This document shows positions 31,871 through 44,874 of a stretch of 64,000 nucleotides of DNA, in pieces (the stretch's first letter is position 1; the number at the start of each line of letters is the position of its first letter). A program made the translations under genes and the position numbers. The notes under the pieces were generated by a model. It was given only the letters and a program-made list of their open reading frames with translations. It ran no database searches and was not told the origin of the DNA. Source of the DNA: Lama glama (lineage: Eukaryota). The stretch is from NCBI GenBank assembly GCA_028534125.1, contig CM052818.1, positions 41,046,001-41,110,000 of the forward strand. Reading direction: 5' to 3'.

Positions 31871-34800
31871 CTTTCAAGGCTTTTTTTCCCTTCAGTAGTC
31901 CTCATTTGACTAATCATCCCACTTCTTCCTGTGAGAAGGAGTGAAATGGGGAAATGTACACGTAGTTGCATGCCTTGGCATGAGGATTTACATTCATCCA
32001 AGTGATAAATAACAATAACTGCCTTTGAGATTTTATTCTGTTATTCTTTATTATTCCATAAAGATTTTAGCTTTGAGGTAAAAATATTTCATGGTTTGAG
32101 AATTTGTTTTTTTTTCTTTTTCCAGAATCATCTTAACTGAGCATGTAATCTTTTAAAATTATTTGCTAAAGCAGGCTCAAGGCGGGGTAGGCACAGTTAC
32201 TTAAAAATGTATTTATAAAAGGCCAGACTAGTGTTTAATCTTGTAAGATCCACAAATTGAAAACTTTGCATGAGCAAAGCCAAGGGGGGAGTATCTAGAT
32301 GGTGTATCCGATAGTTAATGTAAGCACCTGTGCATTTATTTCTCAAATATTCAGAACATTTGATCAACTTTTGGAATACTTTCAATTCCAGCTTAAAAAG
32401 CATTTTAATACCTGTTCTTTAATATCTACTTTCTTCTGAGTATGCATGGAAAACATCTTTTCCAAAAAGTGCCTTTTTGTGGGAAAGTCAGTTTGATAGA
32501 GGTATTTGGTATGGTCATGTGCACAGGTTAGATAATTCAGTTATTTTGGTCTGAGAATCTTGATGGGCAGTGGGGCAGGAGTGGGCATTAGTGAGGAGAC
32601 AGCTTTGGTTAGATAGGTTGAGATCGTGAAGCCTAATGTTCAATTTAGGCTCCCTATAGCTTTGCTGGCTGTGCAAAAAGGCTGAGGAAGATCACCCAGC
32701 ACATTGGAGCTGACTTCTTGAATACTCAAAATTAAAAATTTAGAAAGTGTTGCTTAAAAGGTGCTAAACTGAGCATTTGTGTGAACTGATGGAAGAGTCC
32801 AATATTCATGCATTCATTTTATTTTCGTCAAGAATTTGTCTTAAAGGAACCAGAGATACTAATTTCTTATTTTGGTTTCCCATGAATGGTCAGGAGAGTA
32901 AACCAAATATGTTGTGAGCACCCTATGTGTTTAGTACTCCTCTATGCTCAGCAATAGACAAATTTAAGGTCCTTTCCTCTTTTCCTCATTTGGAAAGATA
33001 AAACATAAATATGGAAATATAGTAATAAGACAAGGCAGCAAATGATGTGCCAATTGACTGCTAGAGATAAAAACATTCAAGAGAGAGTTCAGAAACCATA
33101 GACCTGCAGAACTGCAAAGATTATAGCTAAGAAGACTGAAAATTCTAGTACTCTACTTGGACAGACACACATGTATACTCAAATCAGTAATATGAAATAG
33201 ATTGTGAAAAGATAAGGTGAGATGTGAGAAAGGCTCCTGGGTAGAGAGAAAGCCGTAAATAAAACTTCAGATTGGGAAAACCTGGAGTGTGTTTAGAGAA
33301 TGATGGTGGTCCAAATATAGTCATTTGCAATTGCCTTTGATGGAGAGATGGAAGGCAAAGTTGGAAAGATAGATTAGGAGCATGGGGAACACAAGTGACA
33401 AATTGTGATAAGAACTATATGTTCCCGACTCACAGTAGTTATCTTGTAAATACTTTTTGAATAAATACATTCTCTATTAGGTGGTATAAAATGGACTTAG
33501 TGCCTACATCGATCTGAGTTTTTCTGTTGAGAGAAGAGAGTTGTCAGGTATTTCTCAGCTCACCACTGATGCATAAGCAAGCCTGCAGGAAAGAGAATGG
33601 ATGGAATTTATAATTCATCAGTGGCTGTTTTTGCCAAGGACAGTAAAAACTGGGGACCTTTCAAAGTGGTACATATTAACTCCTTTGGTAAATTTTTTTC
33701 TTAAATTTTGAAATTTTTATATTATATTACATTATAAATCAGGAAATGAGGTAATTTGGAAATGGAGGAAAAAAATCAGTGAATATTGAAATTAAAAACA
33801 TCTGGGGAAATAGAAGAAGAGAGAGAGAGGTTTTGGTCAAAAGTTAGCTGGAATAAATTGAAAGTGAAGAATTAAGAGTGAAATGGGAATTAGTGAGTTA
33901 TTGGTTGGGCAAGAAAGTGCATATCACCTGTATAGAAAAAGAAAATACTTTTGAGTAAGACAGACTTTGGATTTTGAATCTTGGTCATCCAATGATTTAG
34001 GCAAGACACTTAACCTTACTGCACTTCAGTTATATTTAGGTCATAAGGATGTTGGGAATAATGAGACATTGAATATATCTGGCACTGTGCCTATTACGTT
34101 GTAGCTCTCAATAAATAATGGTAACCTTTCAGCATTTTCCCGCTTTCTCTGTCCCTTCCCCATAACAGCATAACTGCTTAGCTTCCGCATTAATATTCAG
34201 TTAGTAAAATGCAGAAAATTTCTATTCACAAAGTCAGACAGAATTTACTTGCTAGATATCTACCCTGGTGCCTGGATGTCTTTTCATATTTGATCTGAGT
34301 AAAGACCAAATTCCATCTGGAGTTTATAAAACATCTTTCATTTATAATTTTCAAACAGATTTTTCTGCATGTGTCTGCTGGACGGTTTGAAAGCTGTAAG
34401 GAGGAATAAAATGGTGTAAAAGAATTCTGGGGTGGTATGTAGATTTCCCCATTGCAACAAATAGCTTTTTTCTAATTATTGAAATCACCAAAGTTTATAA
34501 TCAAAGTTACCAAATGGACTTTCCCTAAAGAAGGAATAGTATGATTTTTATTAATATACTTAGTTTTCCTACTGTTACTAGCAGAATAAACCCCAAAGTC
34601 TTAGTGCAACAATTATGCCCCTCCCACTGATTGGGACTTCTGTTTCATCCTTATCGTATATATTTTTCCAACTTTATTATTTATAAACTGTTTTTCATAT
34701 TTTCATCTAAATCTCACAAATGGGCATTACCCAACTATTAAGTAATGTGAGGAGTGATTCAAACTTTGTTTCTGTAATTCAAAATTCTTGCTCTCTTTCT

Positions 34801-35139
34801 ACAACAGAATGCTCTTTACTAGATGTACTTTTTCTTATATATACTATGTATCTCCCTGTATCTATGCTTTTATTCACAATATCCCCTTTGCCTCAAGCAC
34901 CTTTTATTTGCCTGTTATTCTTTTCATATTTAATGACTCAAATGATACCTTTTATATGAAGCCTTCCCTGATGCTTGCAGTTGGAATTTTAGCTCCTTTC
35001 CCTGTCCTTCCAAAGTATGATGGACCTTTATTAAAGCACAATATCTCTGTTCCATTGGAGTTAATTATATGGCAGAGATAGTAATTCATTCCTCTAAATA
35101 CCTATTTTCTTTCATTCATTTCTCTAAATATCCATTTTC

Positions 35140-35575
35140 TTTAATAATATATAGAACTCCCAATTTTTAGCTGGGTACATGACTGCCTAAAATAAAGTAA
35201 TATTCTCAGCCTCTCTTATCGATAGAGATGCTCACATGACTAAATTGTGGTTATTGGGATACCGGTGGGAGTGTCATGTCAGGTGCACTAGAGGGGTCTT
35301 TGAAGGGATGTGCTTGTCCTTTTTCATCTCTTCCTTCTGGCTGCAAATGCACTTGTTCCCTGTGGAACTTAGATAGCCCTAGTGGGCCATGAATTAGGAG
35401 CTGTATGCTGAGAAATAAAGAGGAACAAGAGAGAAGCTCAGGTGCATAATGACTTTGAATCTTACCAGTTCTAGACTACTACTAGATTTCTTTTATGTAT
35501 GAGAGAAACTTTACTTATTTAATCCCCTGTGATTTTAGGGTTTCTATTATTTAAAGCTGAATATGATTTTCCTTG
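35140..35575 (+). mobile_element. Old MaLR LTR (MLT1J/K-like)
   Basis: ctcagcctctct...cacatgactaaattgtgg...gagagaaactttacttatttaatcccctgtgattttagggtttctatt pattern. Confidence 0.55.
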
Positions 35576-35853
35576 CTGTAATTGTTATTGTTCCTACACG
35601 GCCTCCCTTCTGTACCCCAATCTGCCTTCTCTTCCTCTTATCACGATCAAGAACTGCTTGAGGTTAGAAACTATATTTCACTCATTTTTCACATTTGAAT
35701 AAACGTATGTCAGAGGGTTAGACATTCATTCATTCAACAAATACATTATTATATGTCAGGTACTGTGTTTGGTAGGAACAATTCAAACATAGCTCTTGTC
35801 CTGATAGAGCTCAAAATCTAACAGGGAAGACAGGATCTGAATAGCAATGTTAA

Positions 35854-36034
35854 CAGTGAATCTCAACATTTGACTTACATTATATTTACTTGGGAGATTT
35901 TAAAAACTGCTGAGATTCATATCTTCCCTATCCCCTAACTATTAAACCAGAATCTCAGGGGGTGGGATCTAGGCATGCATGTTTTAGGAGCTTCCCAGGT
36001 GATTTAAATGTGCATTGAAGATTGAGAGTCATTG
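35854..36034. mobile_element. MER5A hAT-Charlie MITE
   Basis: cagtgaatctcaac...cagaatctcagggggtgggatctaggcatgcatgtttt...gcttcccaggtgatttaaatgtgca...ttgagagtcattg. Confidence 0.75.
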
Positions 36035-36100
36035 AATTAAACCAACAGGAAGGCATAGCAATGACTTTAACCTAGTTATTAATAACTACCATGTGAGAAC

Positions 36101-36562
36101 TATAATAGTTTCCCATCACTACTATGACAAATTACCACAACAGGGTGCCTTGAAACAGAAAAAAAATTCACTTATAGTTCTAGAAGCCAAACTTCTGATA
36201 TAAATGTGTAGGGAGGGCTACACCCCCTCTGGAGGTTCTAGGGTAAAACCCTTTTTTGCTGCTTCTAGCTCTAGTGGCCTAAGGAATTCCTTGGTATCCT
36301 TGGTTTGTGGCAACTCCAATTTCTGCCTCCATCTTCACATCTGTTTATCAATGTCCTCTTTCTCTTATAAGGACACTTGCCGTTGGACTTAGAAAGCCAC
36401 TTAGATACGTAGTTTTAAAATCCAATTGAACTGACCTCTTCATCTCAAGATTCTTAACATAAATCTGCAAAGACCTTTTTTCCAAATAAGGTAACCTTCA
36501 CAGATTACAGAAATTAGGGCATGGATGTGTCTTTTTTGGGGACCGCCATTCAACCCACTGCA
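36101..36562 (-). mobile_element. MaLR solo LTR (MLT1B/C-like) with 5-bp TSD
   Basis: acaaattaccacaa...cttataaggacac...atctgcaaagaccttttttccaaataaggtaaccttcacag...attcaacccactgCA; perfect TSD AGAAC at 36096-36100 and 36563-36567. Confidence 0.85.
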
Positions 36563-38589
36563 AGAACCTACTATGTATCAGGCACCAAAATAGCTTTCTT
36601 GTATTTATTCTTATTTAATCTTAATGCTAGATCCATGAGGTAACATCCAAATTTTACAGATGTCAAAATACAGACTATGTAACTATGTCCTTTTGATAGA
36701 AGACAACTATTTTGATATTGCTCTTGGGTCTAACTTTTGGCTTTAAAAATTATATCTCCTATTAAAAAATCAGTAGTGTTATTCATGGAAGTGTAATGTA
36801 ACCTGCTGAGCAAAGATAAGCCTAAAAAAACTTTTTGTTGGCATAGTGATACTACCACACAAAGTGGAAAGTCTTGATGCATTTTTCTTTGGTGGAGGGG
36901 GGTCATTGGCAATGTTGCAGATGGTTATGCAATTAATTTGCTTTTACTTACAGACATATCCTAGGTATTCCTCTTTTGATTAAACAGAGAAATATGTTTC
37001 TTTTCAACTTATGACTATTTTTACTGCTGAAAAAGCAAATGAAAAGATGATCACTGCTTAGTGTTTCCCATTACTGAGAGAATAAAAGAATGTTCCTGTA
37101 GTTTTACAATGCCTGGTCCCTTCAATATTTAAAATAGGCTGAAAAACATCTGTTTTCATGGTTCAATTAGTCTCATTATGATTTCTTACCAGCAACAAAA
37201 ACTGTTTACTTCACATTATATTCACCCAAACGTGTGCATACTTGTAGATGTGGTATGTTCTCATTTTACATTCTAAATTTTAATTTCTAATGATAATAGT
37301 CGATATTTCAGAAAGGACATGAGTTTTTGAATCAGGCAGGTTTTATGTATAGTTTAATCCCAGTCCAAGTAGTGTCTAAAGTGGGGAAGGTAATATCTAC
37401 CTTGTAGGAATGGCATGAGAAGCAAGTGGGACAATATGCTCTCAAGAAACTCCACGGTATTATTCAAAAAAAAAAAAACACTAGTTCCTAAGCATTCATA
37501 ATAATGGCAAAGATCTATGAAACTTTAACCCAAGCATCACAGGTAAAACACCTAGAAGTGCTATTTTATTAAGTTCACAAATTCAATTCCTTTGAAAATC
37601 TTTATCTCTTAGAAAATTGCACATATTTATCTGTACACAGTAGATGATGGGGATTATTATTTCAGAGAAAGATCAGAATGGGTGGAAACTAATTAAGAAA
37701 GAGTCAGGTCTTTAACATAAACAGCTGTGCATACTCAACAGCATACAAAAGAATGAAAATAAAAGCTCAGTACCTAATTAGAACTCATGCTATCTAATTA
37801 TGCTTTGAACAGAGCATAATTAAAACACGCATACATATACTAAGCTTTTTTCTTAAAGTGAAATGTTTTTCAAATAGAAAGTAAATAAAAACTTCTTGGG
37901 CTGTTTTATAAAAGAGACTGTACCAAGTCTAAAACTTTGAAGTAATTAAGGTACAATTCAATTGGATTTTAAAACTACATATTAAAAGATATACAAGATA
38001 TGTCTTTTTTATTTAAAAAGACCATGTGAAGCTAAGACCTTCCTCTGGATCCGTTTATAAGAACATACACTTTGGCTGTATGTTTTACAGTGAATCCTCC
38101 ACTGATTTGGTGACAATGCCTCCTGGAGACCGGAGGCCTCTTTCTGTCTACAGTTGGGTTTCTGACTGTATTTGCTTCAGTGAAAATTTACCTAGGTGAC
38201 CCATAATGTCCTAGGAGAGGACTGGTTTTAATGAGAATGTGAAATACCTTTTAAGTTCTTATTTCGCGATCTCCTTTGTTTATGCCCTCTGAGCACGCTT
38301 TTCTTTTCCTCAAGTACTTGGTACTCTGCTGCCATTCCAGCCCTTCTGGTCACTATGAGATGGTTTACTAAGCCAGAGGGTTTTAACTGAGTTCCTCTGA
38401 TTGCTTCAGGTGTCCCTTCGAGGGACAAGGAAGTTGCTGACAGGGATGCACTCCTAGTTCATCAACCTGCTCCAGTGAGAACAGCTCAGTCATTGTCTGC
38501 TTTACTTCCTGTGCCTCCCTGTAAGATTTTCTCTGAAAAATGTTTTAGTTTTTAGTTGTTAAAGAGAAAGTTTGTAAGGTATATTAATA

Positions 38590-39920
38590 AGACTTTGACT
38601 TCCATTGTAAAAATTTTTCGACACAGAAAAGTTGAAAGAATAATACAGTGAACACCTACATGCCTTCCTTCAAGGTTCAACAGTTAACATTTTAGCCTCT
38701 TTGCAGAATCATTTCAGAGAAAGTTGCTAAACAGTTTAGCATATGTCTTATAAAAAAAGAGACATCCTCTCACACAGGCAAAATAATATTATTGCACGTA
38801 GACAATTCACAATTCTCATATATTATCTGATGCTTAGTACATACTTAAAATCTTTCCAGCTATTCACGAATGGCTATAATAACTGGCCTTTTTGAACCTG
38901 GAATCTATCAAATGTCATGTCAAATTTTGAATTATGACCCCTTAGTATGAAATACCAGCACCCTCCCAATTTTATTTTTTGTGACATCGAATTATTGAAG
39001 AGACCAGATCAGTTGCCTAGTTGAATGACTTTATTTTGGGTTTGTCTGTTTTCATGATGTCCTTTAATTTTTTGGTCCATCACCTGAATTTTCTTTAACA
39101 GTAGATTAGGTCTAAAAGCTTAATTAGATTCAGTTGATTAATTTTGGCAAAGAGTTCTTCACAGTATATTGTATCACATCAGGACCTATCAAATGACACT
39201 ATGTATCATGCTAAGTTTGATTGCTTGGTCGAGGCAGTAATCATAAGATCTTTCTATTTTAAAAGAACATTTTCCATTTTGCAGTTAGCAGATAATCTGA
39301 AGGGAGAAACTTCAGTACAATGTGAATATCTTGCTCCCCCTCTACCTTATATCTATATGGTTTTAGTATCCATTGGTAATCCTTGACTGAGCTATTTCTT
39401 TTAATGGTATTTTAAAACTATCATTCCTTCTAGATTTATTATACATTATTCTTCTGTAAAAAAGAGTTTCATTCATCAACTGGCAGTGAACTGTAGTTCA
39501 TCTTTAAAAAGCAGGGTAAATACTTCCCCTCCAGTCACCAGTTTTGAGAGTAAGGAGTTGGAATAATAGTTACCTCCAGTGGAAGCAAGTGAGTTTCTTT
39601 CTATCCACTTTCCCTCCCTGCCTACCTGTGTTCTTTCCTTCTTTCCTCTCCTCTCTTTCTTACTTTCTTTTTGAGTATCATACCGCTCTCATGAATTTTT
39701 ATTTATTCAATGTATTGTAACAACTACAGTTACTGATTTTGATGCCCAAGTTATCCTAAATGTGGGGAATGGGAGCACGTTGACACCGGCTCTTATGCCC
39801 ATTTGTTACATTTCTTTTAGTCTTTGAGTACTTTCTTGCTTTCTGGCACTAGGTGGCCCATGTTCAACTTGTACTTTCCCTGGCCCAGACCTGGAGTCAG
39901 CCATTTCTCCAGGGAGAACT
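38590..39920 (-). mobile_element. Old L1 (L1MC/ME-like) 3' region
   Basis: acacagaaaagttgaaagaataatacagtgaacacc...tttccctggcccagacctggagtcagccatttctccagggag are diagnostic antisense old-L1 3' segments. Confidence 0.7.
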
Positions 39921-39989
39921 GAACCCCTCCTAGCTTTTAGAAACTATCTATAGATGGTGTTATACAGTTGTATTTTTATGTATCTGGAG

Positions 39990-40500
39990 CAGGACAGGCT
40001 TCATGGGTATGTGGTCAATGTAGTACATAAGAGCCATGTTCAGAAGAGCCCTGTGCTTCTGTGGTTGCTATCTTGAAATTCTTAATAATTCTGTCTTTAA
40101 ATTTGTGGTTTGTAAGTGAAGTCTGATGGGACAACTGAGTATGCACTGAGGTTTGGAGCCTTGATTCATGCTGGGTCTCACTTTCTGCTGCCTCTCAAAT
40201 AAGTGCTTAAGTGCCCACTCCAGTGCCCCTGTTGTTTTGGCCATAGAGCCTCCCTTTCAGTGCCCTTTTATTAGACCTGTGGTGCCCTCTGAACACAGCA
40301 GGGGCCTTGGTGTGCTTGTCCTTTAGCCTCTTGCGACAGGGCATAGTGAGTGTTCTCTCTGCCCTGGCTGGGAGCACCATGATGCATCTGTTAAGCTGCC
40401 AGCTTGAAGCCTTATCTTCGTAGGGACAAGCCTATCACTCACCCCTAATCCAGACATCTAGCATGTCCTGGTGTAAAGGATGAAAGACCCTTAGGGGTTT
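39990..40500. mobile_element. MER45-like hAT-Tip100 element
   Basis: caggacaggcttcatgggt...cagaagagccctgtgct...atcttgaaattcttaataatt...gtaagtgaagtctgatgggacaa matches the remembered MER45 consensus. Confidence 0.7.
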
Positions 40501-40539
40501 ACTGGAAGCCAAAGGCTTGAGCTGGATCGATTGCTCCCC

Positions 40540-40800
40540 TCCCTCTTCCCATATATTCCTGATAGCACTTATTCTGGGTAACTTCTATAATCTTTGGCTT
40601 CTGACATATAATTTACATACTTATTAAGTTTATGCTTTAATGTCTGTCTTCTGCTGACCCCACGAGAATATAAACTCCATGAGAGCAGGAATTTTCATCT
40701 GTCATTTCACCGATGTATCTCCAGTGCCTAAAGCTGTGACTGATACATAGTGAGGGCTTAATGAACATTTATTGAATGAATAAACCAATGAATGAACAAG
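40540..40800 (+). mobile_element. L2 3' end
   Basis: gaatataaactccatgagagcaggaatttt...gatgtatctccagtgccta...acatagtgagggcttaatgaacatttattgaatgaataaa. Confidence 0.75.
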
Positions 40801-42336
40801 TGGGGAAAATAGTTTCCTAGATTAAAAAATTTATTTATGTTTGAAAGTAATGAGAGACAAGCGAAGTAGAAGAGATAAAATCTCAAATTAGGAGAGCCTT
40901 AAATGCTAAAGAAAAGAATTTGAAGCTTGTGGGTGCCATGAAGACAAAAGTTTGTTATCAGCTCCATGAACACAATGGGTTTACATTTATCATATTATTG
41001 TCTGCTTATTTTATTAAAGTGAATACTTTTCTGAGACTCCAGGTGATGTGGATTTTTTTTTAAATCATAAGATACACTGAAAATACTATTTTGCTATACT
41101 GGACTGTTGGAATAGTAGAAAACTCTCTAGAAAAGAAGTTTTATTTTGATTCTGTAGATGTATGTACACCCATTTATAAATGGGTAGTATGCATTTTGAA
41201 GTAACAAATACTTAAAGCCAAAATACTAAGTCCTGTCATCATTTAGAATGTATTCTGCTTTCAGCAAATGTTGTTTTCATGTTCCAGTAGGCCTCTTTCA
41301 ATTCTGATTTGGCAAGTAGAAATTGCCAAAATGTTTCAATAAAACTTTGCCACATGTAGCAATTTATATTTTTATATTTTTTCTCAGTGAAGATTGTTTT
41401 CTATCGTATTTGCTTGCAGAAGGCTGTTAGTTTTATTGTGTGATAAAAACCAGTCAACAAGCAAATGCAAATACACGGGAACATTTGGAGAATTATAATT
41501 ATTTGTCTTTAAGCCCACAAAACTCTTTTTTTCCATCTGGGAAACTGTTAATATCCTTCTTTTAATTTAGCCATATCTAGAGGATCATCCACATCAGTAA
41601 ATTACAAAGATTTTTTTGGCTGATTTTACATAGAACACAGATGTCAGAGTCATGCATGTTTTAAAATAACCAATTCTGATATTTTATGAGATTTCTAAAG
41701 GGATTATAACCAGAATGAATAAAGAAGAAAGACCCATTTAAAATACCAGCGATTGATTCATATTTCAAGTTCAAGATGGCATACTGAGCACACATGTTTT
41801 TTTCCTCTAAGGCCCTGTTTTGCAAAATCTCACAAAAAGCATAAAACCAACATAATATGAACAGAACACTGGCTCCTTGACTTAGTCACGATGCTGGTCC
41901 TGTTCAGATCTCTCCCAAGACCTACCACCCTTCTAAGATTCTTTAGTCCTCTTGAAATTGTGTGTATGTGTTTGAGGGTATGTGTGTTCTACAATACTAT
42001 TGAAAATCAAGAAAGCATTCCATATCCATATGGATATCTGCATCTCATATTCCAGATATTTTGCATAATTTTTGATTTATAGAAAGCAGGTGGGATCGGA
42101 CTGACAAAGGCAATTATATAACCCAAAACAGACATAGACATGGATAGAAGAAACCAGTTGCAAAGGTGAGAATGGTTTTTAACCAGAGGAATCCTGAAGA
42201 AACACTTAACTTAGGATCAAGTATAAATCAAGAAGGCCCTTAAGGCAATACCAGGGCCATTGATTGAATGATTCCTTATAGAGGAGAATCATCTTTATTC
42301 AAAGCAGCCAGGGGCTAGGATTTACTCCAAGTAAAA

Positions 42337-42836
42337 NNNNNNNNNNNNNNNNNNNNNNNNNNNNNNNNNNNNNNNNNNNNNNNNNNNNNNNNNNNNNNNN
42401 NNNNNNNNNNNNNNNNNNNNNNNNNNNNNNNNNNNNNNNNNNNNNNNNNNNNNNNNNNNNNNNNNNNNNNNNNNNNNNNNNNNNNNNNNNNNNNNNNNNN
42501 NNNNNNNNNNNNNNNNNNNNNNNNNNNNNNNNNNNNNNNNNNNNNNNNNNNNNNNNNNNNNNNNNNNNNNNNNNNNNNNNNNNNNNNNNNNNNNNNNNNN
42601 NNNNNNNNNNNNNNNNNNNNNNNNNNNNNNNNNNNNNNNNNNNNNNNNNNNNNNNNNNNNNNNNNNNNNNNNNNNNNNNNNNNNNNNNNNNNNNNNNNNN
42701 NNNNNNNNNNNNNNNNNNNNNNNNNNNNNNNNNNNNNNNNNNNNNNNNNNNNNNNNNNNNNNNNNNNNNNNNNNNNNNNNNNNNNNNNNNNNNNNNNNNN
42801 NNNNNNNNNNNNNNNNNNNNNNNNNNNNNNNNNNNN
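42337..42836. other. Assembly gap (exactly 500 N)
   Basis: A run of 500 n. The round length suggests a placeholder scaffold join of unknown true size. Confidence 0.99.
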
Positions 42837-43150
42837 TTTCATTTTCCTTAAATGAATACCTAGAAGTCATAGAGTAGATTTATGTTTAACTTTTTGAGAA
42901 GCTTCAAAACAGTTTCCCAAAGAAGTTGTACTGTCTTACGTTCCTACCAGCAATGTTTGCCAGTTCCAGTTTTTCCACATCCTTTCCAACATTTGTTTTC
43001 CCTTTAGCCATTCTTGAAGATATAGTGATAGCTCACTGTAGTTTTAATTTGCATTCTCTGATGACTGATGATTATCAAGCCCTTTTTCATGTGCTTGTTG
43101 GTACTTTGTAGACCTTTTTTTTGTAAAGTGCCTAAAAACGTTTTGCATTT
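42837..43150 (-). mobile_element. L1 fragment abutting the gap
   Basis: aatacctagaagt...ttcctaccagcaatg...gttttaatttgcattctctgatgactgatgat...ttttcatgtgcttgttgg antisense L1. Confidence 0.8.
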
Positions 43151-44314
43151 GTAACGATGGCAGATTTGGAAGAGAAAGCAGAATGTAAATTAATTTTAAA
43201 AAGCTCACCTTAAAGAACTCTCATTAATACTGACCTTACTGTCTGTCAGGCAGTTAGGTGTTTTGTCCATATTCATTCCTTTAAATTCCCTATGAAGTAA
43301 ATATTATCATTTCCATGACTAAGTAAATTGATTATAGTTATATACCTAGAAAGTTTAAAACAAACAACTTACCTTAATAAAATTGTGTCCTACTTAAGCA
43401 AATCAAATATAAGAAATATTCACTAGCACTATATGTTTATATTTATCTAAAAGAATTTAAGCTATTTACTTTAGAGTATTTTTATTTTCTGATTTAATTT
43501 ATCTAGATTACTATTAGTTGTAATATTTTCTATAATTAATACAAATCACAAGATTGTATTGTGTATAATAAATTTTTGTTTTGAAGTATTTGTTACCTAT
43601 TCTGCTGCTGTAGAAACAATATTTCTGATTGAAAGTTCTATTTGAAACTTTATTACCAATTTATTACCAATAAAGTTTTAAATATTTTAATATCACCAAT
43701 AATATGAAAACAATCTCTTATTATAAAAATATATACAATTTATTGTAAAAAACATAGAAATGAAGCAGAGGAAATAAAACGTTATTATTTAGGAAAAAAG
43801 GACTTTAAATGTATCAAAAATCAGGGGCAACATTAAATACAAAGTGAACAAGAATAAATAAAAAGGAAAAAAATGGCTCTGAGTTCTTTAGAAACCTTTT
43901 AAAACCATATACTCCACACTTCCCATAAAAAAATTCTTCCATGACTAAGTCTGTCTTTACTCTTTCCAAAACTCTACCAAACCCGCAATGTTAGACATCC
44001 TTTCTAGTTGAAATATCTCATCCTGTGCAGGTTATGGGATTGAGGATTTATTTGGGAAGTAATTCATGACCCAACATTGACAGGATTATCACCCCAAGTC
44101 CGTAGTTTACATTAAGGTTTCCTCCTAGTGTTGTATGTTCTGTGGGTTCAACTAATGTACAATGATATGAATCCACCATTATTGAAACATACAGAGGAGT
44201 TTCACTGCCTTAAAAATCCCTTGTGCTCTACCTGTTTATCCTTTTCTCCTCTCCAAGTCTGGCAACCACCGATCTTTTTGCTGTTTCCATAGTTTTTCAA
44301 TGTATACTTTTTGC

Positions 44315-44874
44315 ATAGTATTCCAATTATCTCTGTATTACAAACCATTCCAAAATTTAATGACTTTTAACAAACAAGTTATTATCTCTAACTTTACTAT
44401 GGGTTGACAGCTCAGCTGAGCCACTCTTGCTTGGAGTCTCACAGGGCCGCAGTGAGGTAGCAGCTGGTAATGCAGCTGTCTAAAGATACAGCGAGGCTAG
44501 TAGTTCAAGACATATTCTTCACTCACACGTCTAGTGCCTCAGCTGGGATGTTGCGAACAGCTAGGGGCTGGCCAGTCATCTCACTCTGTAAATGTGGCTT
44601 CTCCACATGGATAGCTCAGGCTTCCTCATGGCATAGTAGGAGAGTTGGACTTCTTACTTGGCAGCTGGCTTCCCCCTGATGGAGCATACGGTGAGGGAGG
44701 ATGAAGAAGCTGCCATTTCTGTTAAAGGCGGGGTCCAAAACTCATGCACTGTTGTATCTGCTGTATTCTATTGGTCAAAATAGTCACAGGCTCGGTCCAG
44801 ATTTGAGGGATAAGTAGACCCTCGCTCTTGGTAGGGGAGCAGCAAGGGACTTATGGCGTTGTTAATCCACCACA
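44315..44874 (-). mobile_element. MaLR LTR (MLT1G/H-like), preceded by an L1 fragment at ~44020-44300
   Basis: acaaaccattccaaaatttaatgactt...gggttgacagctcagctgagc...tattctattggtcaaaatagtcacagg...taatccaccaCA. Confidence 0.7.

Noticed and set aside
35084..35142. ~30-bp imperfect tandem duplication (ttcatt.ctctaaata....ttttcttt x2)
   Set aside because: Ordinary local slippage duplication with no sign of function.
42315..42870. 175-aa and 182-aa minus-strand ORFs
   Set aside because: Artefacts of translating the N gap.
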